This document shows, one piece after another, positions 47,501-53,489 of a stretch of DNA of 64,000 bases. Made by a program: the position numbers and the translations under genes. A model generated the notes under the pieces. The model saw nothing but the letters and a program-made list of their open reading frames with translations, searched no databases and had not been told where the DNA came from. Source of the DNA: a virus; IMG/VR virus record IMGVR_UViG_3300017917_002762, positions 32,001 to 96,000 of that record; one strand, written 5' to 3'. Position 1 is the stretch's first letter. Each line of letters opens with the position of its first letter.

Positions 47501-47970
47501 GGTGATTCACCTTTAAACATATTTATTGTATCACCCCAAGATAAAAATTGATCTTTAATTTGATTAGCTGCTAATACACTACTTCCTACTATTGCATTAG
47601 ATATTTTATCCCAATTTGTTTGTGCTTTACCATATGTTTCTTCAACATCTATTCCAGGAAATACACCAATGTCTTGAAAATATGGTGAAGATTTAGCAAG
47701 ATCATATCCAGGAATTTCTGGAGTTTCATATCGTTGAGCTTGAAAAAAAGGACTTTGAGAATATTTATTAATATTATTTTTAATATTATTTTCAATATTT
47801 TGATCATTAGCTCCTACTAATGTTAATTCAGGATTACTTGTTGAAGATAAACTTGCAAATGGATTTTCTAAAGGATCTGATTGTGTAAATGGTACGGGTA
47901 TATTTTCTTCTGGTCCATTAACAAATGAATTTTCATTTTGAGAAATACTTGATGTATTAAGATCAATCAT
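32599..47970 (-). CDS. Giant virion RNA polymerase polyprotein (crAss-like vRNAP), 5123 aa
   Basis: EADGQG, FRIPTQ and catalytic GSDFDIDK (36442-36456, about aa 3839); zincin-like GFHEAFEA (about aa 2249); C-terminal NADAR-like (FRNAEHAYQ..LMVDILTEKL) and macro-like (YIYTEN..GGGTAVIR..NAYAIVTKK) domains. Confidence 0.9.
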   Translation of the reverse strand: MIDLNTSSISQNENSFVNGPEENIPVPFTQSDPLENPFASLSSTSNPELTLVGANDQNIENNIKNNINKYSQSPFFQAQRYETPEIPGYDLAKSSPYFQDIGVFPGIDVEETYGKAQTNWDKISNAIVGSSVLAANQIKDQFLSWGDTINMFKGESPFKQSELEAINAWQNDFNNKYHIFQTQEDRNTFFNVSNFANMIQQSGYAIGAVLEMAAEEFALSALTTATFGGASELQAARSLQLASKLGNVINKTREVEKSLQSASTLRKIFNNSFTKFINPFNNVTEFIGDAKKLARVDKMVFNPTVATLRTTARGFGAFYRDMRMINAGITEAKATIAPVMDEAYEMALNEYKNVNSVEPNEAIKQKLKQKAFETIQTEGAVQAAWIALTDKIAFDGVFKTFKGTRFLDDGLVAKGIFINSKKAIKAGEDVFVAKTGISAFTHQLKTSPFKTLLKAPITYTKTNLMEGVQETGQDIIDSATKQWYLYNYGTEKQRLNQKGINDFLYAGAKEQLTMDGLKTFMSGFLTGGIMNVLGGTIRTGKNLYERKMNIDGYKSSVQRANEERTKLVSTLNQATNNKTDFYRSLVELNASMDESAKDGRKKDYWDSRNDFINKYVLSIIKSGVDDVVIDRMKESINDLTLDEFKQAYAGSLYEGMSEEQAKETMTNLVNTFESKVKEVKNTYENIRNNYGNPYNPKKYKIGTEEYKDEVANYMAAEQAIDHIAFSGGTYKDIAKRQVEILSAIKENLPGINFNSLYSLTSPSLTLKKEIEILEKEFEAISDPTLKEEKKSKLDLLNKYKKSVEKFINELEEAGNNTDKISEIKANFINENAQDISNIISLDNKDKSITNLTTDILNKTVGNMFDYLHLQTDYENILSYFNLIANPSNFENLHKAHLRQLMDMLGDEEAVKKAGADYIEKNPKNNKHFILKVNSKYVIYSPKGIVVSKHETKEQAESLLELLDETYDENANRIKIDVKDNEGNDHTIEIVENNFYLTEEIEKEKQKEKKIKKEKLTEDEKYNLDQLQNQLDERIEGLVKNGMPKEDAEIQAYKEIFKNEKGELTDDGKLYEKLKEKSTVDKVDQKRKSKFSNDVIKIISIEDGNITYQLNYEPETFTKKAEDFANEFGLLKNFKELTILERFYYINRDKQFDIKVNEKYGTPHKLDDKDYSDTSKMVTATLVGEYDEDGNFVIRMKYKFKNKFLTPLFNLKYYEKYASKRQSKGNGLTINEFYKDQLLEEEKYKQIQNIEDQKQALVNLINRVELNLEDTKKKREDNTKRLEDLRAEVELMREDLQTAQQYIEKNPPKKSGRRSNEYLKMKETIDSFPEKINSIETLINDLKEELTSLTELYDSLNTSRDAYYMALDEIEQANKAFEKDSSGNIYTTEETKAESLRENLITKRYSKEEVDKFLFDTEFEIEELKEIIQKFEKFAIEAKDIWKKLSKYIDIIDILNSDNSKKWLTKYLKEEEEKSQDDDKIEFLKFLRRGIVNNNLDFQIAKELAGGFKNAKEAFNKINTELFPKLQRLQKASEQLKEYSELEDRIKFLKYIQDELFSEVSYIQERRRLQTEITSARRAELLKQNPDANLVEISNEGELFNNPDQLKKPLLRLTGLYLTTGLHYNDLEDTDINLKNGNARFFKFTDNLNLSGGEYFLMPITKDTDNYGITYDENDIKVIVVKNDDGEYKPVDITGQILDNPNADNIVYTSFRMNTELFGPLENAIKWVESKFTTKGLTKEQISNIVIGYISFIKNTRENIKQGKQIIIPISGKTRGTQVILPKDAQTDLPQEHSLENRLIMKGTNDYSNLMHPNGQGIKLEVATDKSDGVKEGRLYMKRDDGQIFRVFNRELNTDEKNTIIDLLKYIAKINAIEAVDPLALTKNQLQSREDILNYLQGLIFWTTEGNKSESQNRFYISSSDNKLYRGGVGYTLSATDIDENAEKLTEGLYHQVNSSLLNKTNKPFFEMGIDKDGNPIIKKEYENYTEYLFKTSEPVIYTNVPEYSETDVTTPQLKSVNIIFNNPEDPFEPIIINKELKAEGSIPSLKGGTGNVVLLSPGQPINVKFDNAAQNSENKNLQTNINNNIQNNQQNASPTTGASLWKSGFTGFQTQAQTQPITSTQPSTPEQQLLAIQSQGISVSIPTSSQPATTSVEPAPISSTELNTVINGTQPNNLGGNPANNNEEFYRERLSNTVMQTEDFAKMEAWFKSKLPNIKIVKVAELIDGKAWGAFKNGIVYIYENAEIGTGFHEAFEAIWNAYLNQFEQADLINEFRNRTGTFTNPFTKETKNYADASYYDVREMLAEEFRTYILNEEYDITPEKETSLTGKIKEFFRDLWNTIKKYIGLSTKEKKEGESLVHSVFNKINNGSYANVRFARNVSEIGTTYREAVLEDITKTIPNTTQEFTNQFVEGLTAHFFTNLHNPNLLKDSKGNFIKSNIETLLSEDSNNNKLLKELFEKSMANVWDNIYGKNSICYQRYYAPLAIKQIKYNGRDLTQDEANDLWSQAIAEFKSKNRFAIMFDSAQQNPLLVYNILKQSLQKYGLKFKEVEGVEDQEGNKPTDELEVNDNSGIRDTIFIDPKRLTATSFNILVGSLTNDAYFKNDEGNLVIKAKRNNLDLPSLVDFDTTFNLLLNELNGTYSRMIVKNGDITFYDALSAMFDKLDNKYFDKSKGLYIDNFVWIKRLKNRLKYAGEEGRYFTQETLNIDDIKLLIGFEKSLMNKKNNPLRTIINKNGDIYSIDALDESNEKRIREEWMNNTPRNLKFLMDKSQNNNQILGFDNEGNIVFDPNSQQYKKFQSLKADADRNLLLPTVLEYLKDLGIIFSGTTDENGKLKSSFPPVINFNKATIIESFKNIKNSIISSEENSIKYLDDLFSTVGPESNNMKKLIAVETMMRTDNSILMSTTASGQNQYSITLPASINYVLSSLNESKNLEEFVLSNPQFGTVDYKDGQPVIVLHPYQNNSQLLKPGGLIFDERGDKKNGINYYLISGVSSMDTNGTDTANLTYPDRIMQEINYILNADKEGLKPIYFTIINSDKSSEFALSFKKPFISPNIAGYGINSSQFSNVLNIYLEHLSDEIDAALMEVDSKSNIKNYSTSVKYLGHFKDVLQFKTEKELKESGLKKSFLQKRYEMLLSGKITKDEFLAEPSISEFIKNDLNETVDYTIESLVKLGILNRSGDNINNFIYSTNAIDNTVLENYFNIDATSMTHNDVEKLVTYITINKELAVTEQHKLLYGHPAFYKDLAKRANGINSSKDAIVDNPMIIKEYDRLIPRFDSKIRSTNKIQTFKNIAFKDVTAVSNYYKQIAEGLYDSIRRDELSKEEAENRIGAKFNEDGSFKNFILEKGKFTGEIKAYIELNEADGQGWVMADMYRDMLLLSSKLSNKQLQQIDYELAYEINARSNKPKTDAGYKEYKKGKYTLKWAQSILEKGNPNVPLPVIKPQYFGYAVNTSMMHPVFLKHSVQPKFYRNVEGTEYEKLYIAAQSQQIDIIGFESGEKVGALVNPKTGEFIDFHKQDGSINVEYNKKTKSWSLPEGLGIQELYTKYYGIQSEQPAIYKDKVVRGTQVTKLIMSNFKVNGKYVNSKAENLVNRYNKVLERIVTKGKEELLDELGITVDSNNNYEVLDYTKMIKLLRDELIKRDLPSNLVDALNINSETKGLLYKFDTLANREKIDNILNKIVDSRVISAKMFGKPAVQVASSGYNSTNRKMMYLDNDVYTEVDDLEKLTDEQKKTIIPTSSDLKFYELKNGKISKMEIYMPWFFEGIDPEDFGLKLKNGVYEIPKNMDSRLLQMIGFRIPTQGMNSIESIVVKGFLPRESGDMIVVPTEIVGKAGSDFDIDKMNLYIPNYVLKYSKFTKEEIVDFKKSPFFDNISKSIRKIINGLSEEQFADLIDDLNNFSITSGKGKFGNLEEYLKENNITGEEYDMYTQLKNSLVEYNDYRRNIIKENKNKKKEFKPIVEDILYIEAGQDTKESLQNELREIMEDLVSMPENYRQLVMPNSTATLKSLANKINELKGKKDSENSMLALRKFIQSAETRERYLTGKRLVGIAALQSTSHVMCQIADIILSGKYDVGNVKFMVKYEGESQETVNGKIKRTISINLSHNETKIGQFYLNAKTDAEGRWISENISEALSGFVDAAKDPFVFSLNINFNTAGTWFYLQKLGVPMKEIAYLFNQPAVEKYMSLENINKSIFKSVNNDSVFREHMYIESISKYFGMLSDENAKLISSINELLSKLNNNEDLDRQEIININVALKSEKIKLYSEISRIRKENKKPSIKELEDAIKNLNNPKYKFTKKDAELQITMLSDYLEYQDQSSNLTEFISSIGYDNQKTKTLIENKLQQIKWERMVDGGFIANPESILNNTFIGEMKKQKEDLFPLFKDMFISLDDKALPVFEKLYNFLENRDIFMSNDDKSLLINKYQNFFIAYVIQNTPFKYGEVETRISDMFDILMRGSESLPNQLLALKQSPDYNISQNLIVKELLPIFANNVDGQDNIKLFRNKMDTYKNDVLIESINNLLDYAKASGNVELESFVNNLTIFTILQSGLQNSTINYTKVLPAHLYSRFINELLTVYQASDESFDANLIWQQFHQNNKFDRNINKKPKFVKKQKYSASIFLNADYSDSNYEFIIQSAPKMGVTSEDINNLSKFKKGYKAFDYWIYKRTGYTTIKGQEYAQYDPLIPLGDGRNYTETSIYNLVQSSLEKNNVLTAEGYKRRSNYTPETVASTPMIAAPISSTEMKLASIEQFKQMALNLPMFQNQSQAAVAPNMIQLSEKGGENISYSGSEFAKKLTNPGNNLAIKFRNVTFRNAEHAYQTWKSGEFDETAFKSNEFKPKGSKKVNIKINYKLMVDILTEKLKQHPELIKGINDRGGLKYINASTHDVKGTDKFWETKSGKNKFIEALAEAYTNLQPKSIKGYGFESVSISKEKYTRELVRKNPDIAYIYTENTYSLTAFPDKEGGGTAVIRPELNAYAIVTKKKYDYNTRENVDYSNSESDFEEFKSVNTELIQKIKQSGKSKVVFPEGFGTGLAKMPTRFAEWLQKELYDNFGLITELDKTKTGLISKGVTTEAEGQQERKIKLMDGNSYPISQINSQLLESMGYTPLQIGNILKTIC

Positions 47971-48006
47971 TTTTAATAATTTTTATTTTATAAAATTAAT
48001 ATAATA

Positions 48007-51000
48007 TTAGTAATTATTTGCGTTTAAAATTCTATTTATGTGATTTTCTGAACTTTCTCCTTCTTTCTTTTTAAAATTTTTTAATTTAGTAGATTTATTT
48101 TCACTTTGTTGCTTTAAATAATTATAAATAGCTTGTGTATTTGGCATAAATCCTTCTCTTAAAGATCTTAATATATTATCTACACCAATTTCTTTTGGAT
48201 AAGATTGAGGTTCAAATTCAGTCCATTCAAATGTATTTGATGTAGGGTCATATTTTTTAACTTTATATCTAACATTAATTTGATCATTAGAACCCAAAGT
48301 TAATGTATAATCATAATGTAATTTATTTTTTTCATAATCAGAAGCTTTAATACCTTTAGATAACATTTCATCCGTAATTACAGATGACATATAATCATCT
48401 TTAGCATATTTTAAAAATACATTATTATCTACATTTAATTCAACACCATTAATAACAAATGATTGTGCAATTCCCATCAATTGTTTTTCTTCTGAAGAAT
48501 TTGGTTTAAGTTGAAAATTCTTTTTAATTAAATTATTTAAATTATCAGAATCAAAAATTAATTTTACTAATGATTTATCAGAAGTTTTTCCAGAATAAGA
48601 TAATTCTGTTTTACTTAACACTTTATCTAATTCAGTTGGGTTTTTTAAAATTATTTCTAATACTTTATTTACATCATCTCTATTTTGATTTTTAATTAAT
48701 TGATTATAATTATTTGGTAATATAACACCATCAGTTTTTTCAATAATGTTACCTTGATTATTAGATATAGCATCTTGCGCTATTAATTTAGAATTTTCAT
48801 TTTTTGGTGTAGAAGGATCATTTGTATATTGTAAAGTTTTGTTTAAAACAAAACTTCTATCATATTGAGGATATTTTTTTTCTAAAAAAGAATTAAAATC
48901 TAAAAATAAAACATCATTATATTTATTAATTTTTTCTTTTAATTTTTCTGGAACTAATCCGTTTAATTTTTCAACTAAATCTGTTAAATCCCAAATACCA
49001 CCATCTTTATCTTTATATTCATATCTTTTTGTGTTTATTCGATCCCAACCTTCATCACTTGTAGTATATTCTTTTCTATAAACTTCATCAACTTTTAACC
49101 TACCATCAACATATGCTTGTGCTATATCTTTTGGTAATTTACCATTATATAAAATTTTAGCATTTTCTAAAGATCCTTTTCTTTCATTTACATTATCACC
49201 TAATACATAATGACCAAGGTTTCTTCCTTGTTCCCACCAAGGAAGTTCTTTATCTGTTAATTTATAAACAGTTTCTGCTAAGTTAACAACATCATCTGCA
49301 TTAATTATTCTATTATTTCCTTTTTTATCTTTTTTTAAAATAGTTTTAAATTCAGGATTAATTTTAGATTTTTTATTATATTCTTTAAAATCTAACATTA
49401 TCCCATTACTCATAGTAAATTTAGAAGCTGCATCATCAATTAATGGTCTTAGGTTTGCTCTTTCTAAACTAGGGTTAGTTGTTGAAGCGTCAATATAATC
49501 TAATAATGAACGTAATTGTAATGATGGTGTAGAATTATAACTTTCAAAATTTTTAAAATAATCTTTTGTATTTTCATTATTTTTTAAATCATTAAAAGTC
49601 TTTTTTAAATTTTCTTCAGAAGGAATATTTTTATTTAAAGCAGTAGTTCCATTAATTAAACTTGATAAATAATCAACATATTTATATATTGAAGGAAAAT
49701 CACTTCCTAATTTACTATCAGTATTTATATATTGAGCAACTCCTGATATAAATAAATCTCTATTTTTTTGAATATTTCTATTAAAATTAATATAAAAACT
49801 TTTTTCTAAATCTTCTTGGGTTGTTTTATTATTAACTACAATTGGTACATCTGCTTTTTTTTCTGAAATTTTAGAAGCAGATTCTTTAACGTTAGTTTGT
49901 ATATTTTCATTTGATTGAAATGTTATATCTTCTGGTATACTAGAAGATCCATTTTCATTATATCCTTTTTGTGTAATTACAACATTTCCTTTATTATCAG
50001 TTCTTACTATTTCTTGTATAGCACCATATTTTCTATTTTGATCTTCCTGGTGAGCTATCATTTTCATTGCTGCAACTGCTTCACTATCATTTATTAATTT
50101 TTCAGTTGTTGCAGCAGCTCTTGTTAAAGCGACATTTTCAGAAAAAATATGTCTGTATTGTTCAGCAAAATAACCATTAAGATTAACATCAGGTCTGTTA
50201 AAATCATCACTTTGTAAATCTTTTAATACAGATTTATATTTATTAATTTGTTGATTTATACTTGAAATTTGAGTTTGATATTCTTTAAACTCATTTAATT
50301 TTTCAATAGTAGGTTCTATACCTTTATCATAATCATTACTAATTTCAGTACTTAATTTAATATATTTAGATTCTAAACCATCATCATTTGTAGTTCCTTT
50401 TAATATAGAATTATAATTATTAATTTTACTTTCAAATTCAGAAGTTTTAGTAGCTATATAATTTTTTTTAGCATATTGTTCTGCTTCTTCTTTAGTTATA
50501 TTTGGATTATTAAATCTTTCATTATTAACCATATTTTGAAAGTCAACAACACCTTCAACCATAAATATTTTTTGTAAATCTGGTCTATTTTTAATAAAAT
50601 TATCAACTACAGCACTATAAGTTTCTTTAGAACCTGGTCCATTTGTTACTAAAACAAGACGACCATTTTCATTTTTAATAGAAGTAATTCCATCTTTATA
50701 ACCAGATTCATTTAGATATTTATTAACTTCAGCATGAACATCTATATTTGGAACATATTCATTAACTTTTATTTTTTGAATAGATCCATCACCTCTTTTA
50801 GCAAGTTTTAAATTTTGAAGTGTTAACTGAACAAATTGTAATCCTTTATCCCAAGCTCTATCTCTATCTTCTTTTTTATCTGAATTTTTTAATTTATTAT
50901 ATTCTTGAATTTGCGATTGATATTGCTTAGTAATTTTATAATCAGCAAGGATATCTTCATCTTCCCATAACGGAGTAAATAACTTTTCAGCTTCATCAAC

Positions 51001-51261
51001 ATTTTGTTTTAATGAAAGATCTTTTGATGAAAGTTGTTTAATTTGTTCTTTAGTATTTTCTAAAAATTGATTTACATATTCATTATTCTGAGGATTAGAT
51101 AATGAATTAACAAGTTTATCATAATTACTTGCTATTTCATTATAGTTAGTATCATATTTAGCTTGTGCTTTTTGTAAAGCATTAGCCATATATGAAAAAT
51201 TAGGAGTGTATTGTATTGGATTAAATCCTGTATCGGTAGCACCTTGTAAATATGTTGACAT
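48007..51261 (-). CDS. Large virion cargo protein (crAss-like, upstream of vRNAP)
   Basis: 1084 aa, helical; N-terminus MSTYLQG....IQYTPNFSY..ALQKAQ.KYD; assigned from position and size. Confidence 0.7.
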   Translation of the reverse strand: MSTYLQGATDTGFNPIQYTPNFSYMANALQKAQAKYDTNYNEIASNYDKLVNSLSNPQNNEYVNQFLENTKEQIKQLSSKDLSLKQNVDEAEKLFTPLWEDEDILADYKITKQYQSQIQEYNKLKNSDKKEDRDRAWDKGLQFVQLTLQNLKLAKRGDGSIQKIKVNEYVPNIDVHAEVNKYLNESGYKDGITSIKNENGRLVLVTNGPGSKETYSAVVDNFIKNRPDLQKIFMVEGVVDFQNMVNNERFNNPNITKEEAEQYAKKNYIATKTSEFESKINNYNSILKGTTNDDGLESKYIKLSTEISNDYDKGIEPTIEKLNEFKEYQTQISSINQQINKYKSVLKDLQSDDFNRPDVNLNGYFAEQYRHIFSENVALTRAAATTEKLINDSEAVAAMKMIAHQEDQNRKYGAIQEIVRTDNKGNVVITQKGYNENGSSSIPEDITFQSNENIQTNVKESASKISEKKADVPIVVNNKTTQEDLEKSFYINFNRNIQKNRDLFISGVAQYINTDSKLGSDFPSIYKYVDYLSSLINGTTALNKNIPSEENLKKTFNDLKNNENTKDYFKNFESYNSTPSLQLRSLLDYIDASTTNPSLERANLRPLIDDAASKFTMSNGIMLDFKEYNKKSKINPEFKTILKKDKKGNNRIINADDVVNLAETVYKLTDKELPWWEQGRNLGHYVLGDNVNERKGSLENAKILYNGKLPKDIAQAYVDGRLKVDEVYRKEYTTSDEGWDRINTKRYEYKDKDGGIWDLTDLVEKLNGLVPEKLKEKINKYNDVLFLDFNSFLEKKYPQYDRSFVLNKTLQYTNDPSTPKNENSKLIAQDAISNNQGNIIEKTDGVILPNNYNQLIKNQNRDDVNKVLEIILKNPTELDKVLSKTELSYSGKTSDKSLVKLIFDSDNLNNLIKKNFQLKPNSSEEKQLMGIAQSFVINGVELNVDNNVFLKYAKDDYMSSVITDEMLSKGIKASDYEKNKLHYDYTLTLGSNDQINVRYKVKKYDPTSNTFEWTEFEPQSYPKEIGVDNILRSLREGFMPNTQAIYNYLKQQSENKSTKLKNFKKKEGESSENHINRILNANNY

Positions 51262-51270
51262 AATTTTATA

Positions 51271-51290
51271 TTAATATGAATATACTAAAA
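51271..51290 (-). promoter_or_regulatory. Candidate late promoter motif
   Basis: TTTTAGTATATTCATATTAA upstream of the 1084-aa gene; similar motifs at 55911-55928(-) and 16429-16445(+). Confidence 0.3.
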
Positions 51291-51334
51291 AAAGTTAAAA
51301 ATAAAAAACTAAACTTTTAAAGTTTATATTATTA

Positions 51335-53479
51335 TTAATCATCTTCAAAGTTAATATTGTTATTATTATTTTTATTTTTTAAATATCTAGATGTATAAAT
51401 TTTACCATATATTTGAGCTAATGTATCATCTGTTGCTCTTGGAAACGATTTTCTTAATGTTTCTGGATCTATATTAGAATTAGCAGTAGCACGTTTTTTA
51501 AGATAATTATCTCTAGCTTGTGGAGATTTAAAGGTTATCCTACCATTTCTAGGATCTATAAAATAATCTTCAGATGTTGTTCTATTTATATTATATAATG
51601 AAGATGCATTTTCATGACCTTGTGCAAATGATTGTAATAAAGCAAGTCTAGCTTGTCTCACTGCATTTTGATATTGTTGTTCACCAATTACACCAGCATC
51701 ATATAATCTTTTAGCTCTTTCTGTATCAAATTGCATTTGTTGATTAGCAATTTGAGCTTGTTGTTGAGAAGCTTGATTTGCTAAAGGAACATTCATTCCT
51801 GCATATTTGTTCATTATTTGTGAAACATTTTTAGCAGTGTTACCAGATAAATTTAAATATCTAGCTTGTGGTCCAGATAACATATTATATGCTTGTTGTG
51901 TAGCATACGCGTTGGCAGCATTTTCTGATAACTCTTGAGTAGGATCATAATAAGTTACTTCAGGACTTTTTAGTTTTGCAACTGGTTCCCAAGGAGTAGC
52001 TTTTTTTATAGATGCTAAATTATAAGCAGAATTTAATAATCCTAATTTATCAGGAGTAGTCCATCCATAAGGAATTTCATCAACATTATTATCAGAATCA
52101 TTATCAGAATCATTATTTAATGATTTAACTTTTAATGCTGCATTTTGAGCATTTGAAATTAAATTAGCTGTAGGATTACTTAATTCAACAGGTAAATTTC
52201 TTATACCAATTGATGGTATAGTTTTTAATTTATTAGCATTATAATCATAATAATGTAAATCATTAGTTCCAGGTTTTTCTTTAAAATATTTATTATGAAA
52301 ATTAATAACCTCTGGATTATTTACATCAGATAAATATTTAGCTTTTGCTAAATCTTGTAAAGTATATCCTTGAGGAGCATATTTTTTAACAGACATTTTC
52401 CAAGAATTAGGATCATAGTTTTTACTTTTTTGAGCAGTTGTTAACTCAATTAATTCAGAAGGTTCTCCATCTTTATCATAATATACATAACCATCGTCAT
52501 CAGTTTCTTTTTTAAAGTTATTAAGTAATCCTGATGTAGCTAATGAAATAGGAATAGGTTGATATTTTATATTATTTTTTAACTTATAATTTATACCTTC
52601 TTGAGCTTTTAATAAACCGCCTCCATATTTAAAACCCATACCATCCATAGCAACAGGCATTTCTTCTTGCATTTCATCACCTTGTTCTTGAATATTATTA
52701 ATTTTATTATAATATTCTTTTGCTATTTCAGGAATGCCTTGAGGAAATCCTTTTTTACCTTCTTGTGCTATTGCTAATTGCGATAATTTTGTATTATAAT
52801 TATCAATCATTAGTTGAGCAGTTCTTTTCATTATAGCATCAGCTCTAGGATTATTTAATATAGTTTGATATTTATTAATATCATATTGCTTTGCTAATTG
52901 TGCAGGTGTATATTTTTTATCTGTTTTATCAGATTTACCAAAAACTTTTAATACATCACCACCTAATCTCATTTTAGGAGTATCAGAAAAAACAAAACTT
53001 CCTTCAGGTACATTTAAAGGAGTTCCTCCTTGAGAATGTTTTTTACCACCAATTTTAAAATGATATTTGCCACCTTTATAAGGAGTAATAATAGTTTCAC
53101 CTTTTTCTGCTTCAATATTAGCTTCTTCTCTTGGTACTTCTTTTATATGATCATTTAAAGTTTTTTCTTCATCTTGATTCATATATAATCTACGAGAACC
53201 TAAATCTAAAGCATGACCCATTTGACCACCATATTCAGCAGTTTCTATTTCTTCTTCTGATTGCATATTTTCTTGCTGATTAGATACAGCAACATACATT
53301 TGTTGTAATGCTTGTTGTTGTTCATTAGGTTGCATTTTTTGAAGTTGCAACAAAATAGTTTTAGGATCAACACCAGTTTTTTGAGCATATGCTTTTACAA
53401 CTTCAATAATTTGTTGTTGATTTTGCTCACCACCATTTTGGTATTCAGGTTGTTTTATTATTCTTACTTTATATTTCAT
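51335..53479 (-). CDS. Virion structural/cargo protein (714 aa)
   Basis: VPREEANIEAEKGET..IGGKKHSQGGTPL..SFVFSD motif, Q/A-rich helical C-half and xxxGG motifs. Confidence 0.7.
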   Translation of the reverse strand: MKYKVRIIKQPEYQNGGEQNQQQIIEVVKAYAQKTGVDPKTILLQLQKMQPNEQQQALQQMYVAVSNQQENMQSEEEIETAEYGGQMGHALDLGSRRLYMNQDEEKTLNDHIKEVPREEANIEAEKGETIITPYKGGKYHFKIGGKKHSQGGTPLNVPEGSFVFSDTPKMRLGGDVLKVFGKSDKTDKKYTPAQLAKQYDINKYQTILNNPRADAIMKRTAQLMIDNYNTKLSQLAIAQEGKKGFPQGIPEIAKEYYNKINNIQEQGDEMQEEMPVAMDGMGFKYGGGLLKAQEGINYKLKNNIKYQPIPISLATSGLLNNFKKETDDDGYVYYDKDGEPSELIELTTAQKSKNYDPNSWKMSVKKYAPQGYTLQDLAKAKYLSDVNNPEVINFHNKYFKEKPGTNDLHYYDYNANKLKTIPSIGIRNLPVELSNPTANLISNAQNAALKVKSLNNDSDNDSDNNVDEIPYGWTTPDKLGLLNSAYNLASIKKATPWEPVAKLKSPEVTYYDPTQELSENAANAYATQQAYNMLSGPQARYLNLSGNTAKNVSQIMNKYAGMNVPLANQASQQQAQIANQQMQFDTERAKRLYDAGVIGEQQYQNAVRQARLALLQSFAQGHENASSLYNINRTTSEDYFIDPRNGRITFKSPQARDNYLKKRATANSNIDPETLRKSFPRATDDTLAQIYGKIYTSRYLKNKNNNNNINFEDD
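52088..52111. repeat. 12-bp perfect tandem duplication
   Basis: ATTATCAGAATC x2, encoding DSDN-DSDN. Confidence 0.85.
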
Positions 53480-53489
53480 TGTTACAAAT

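Noticed and set aside
51310-51326. Small hairpin TAAACTT-TTA-AAGTTTA as an N4-like vRNAP promoter
   Set aside because: It is an A/T-only stem likely to arise by chance, lies in the late region, and no second copy was found.
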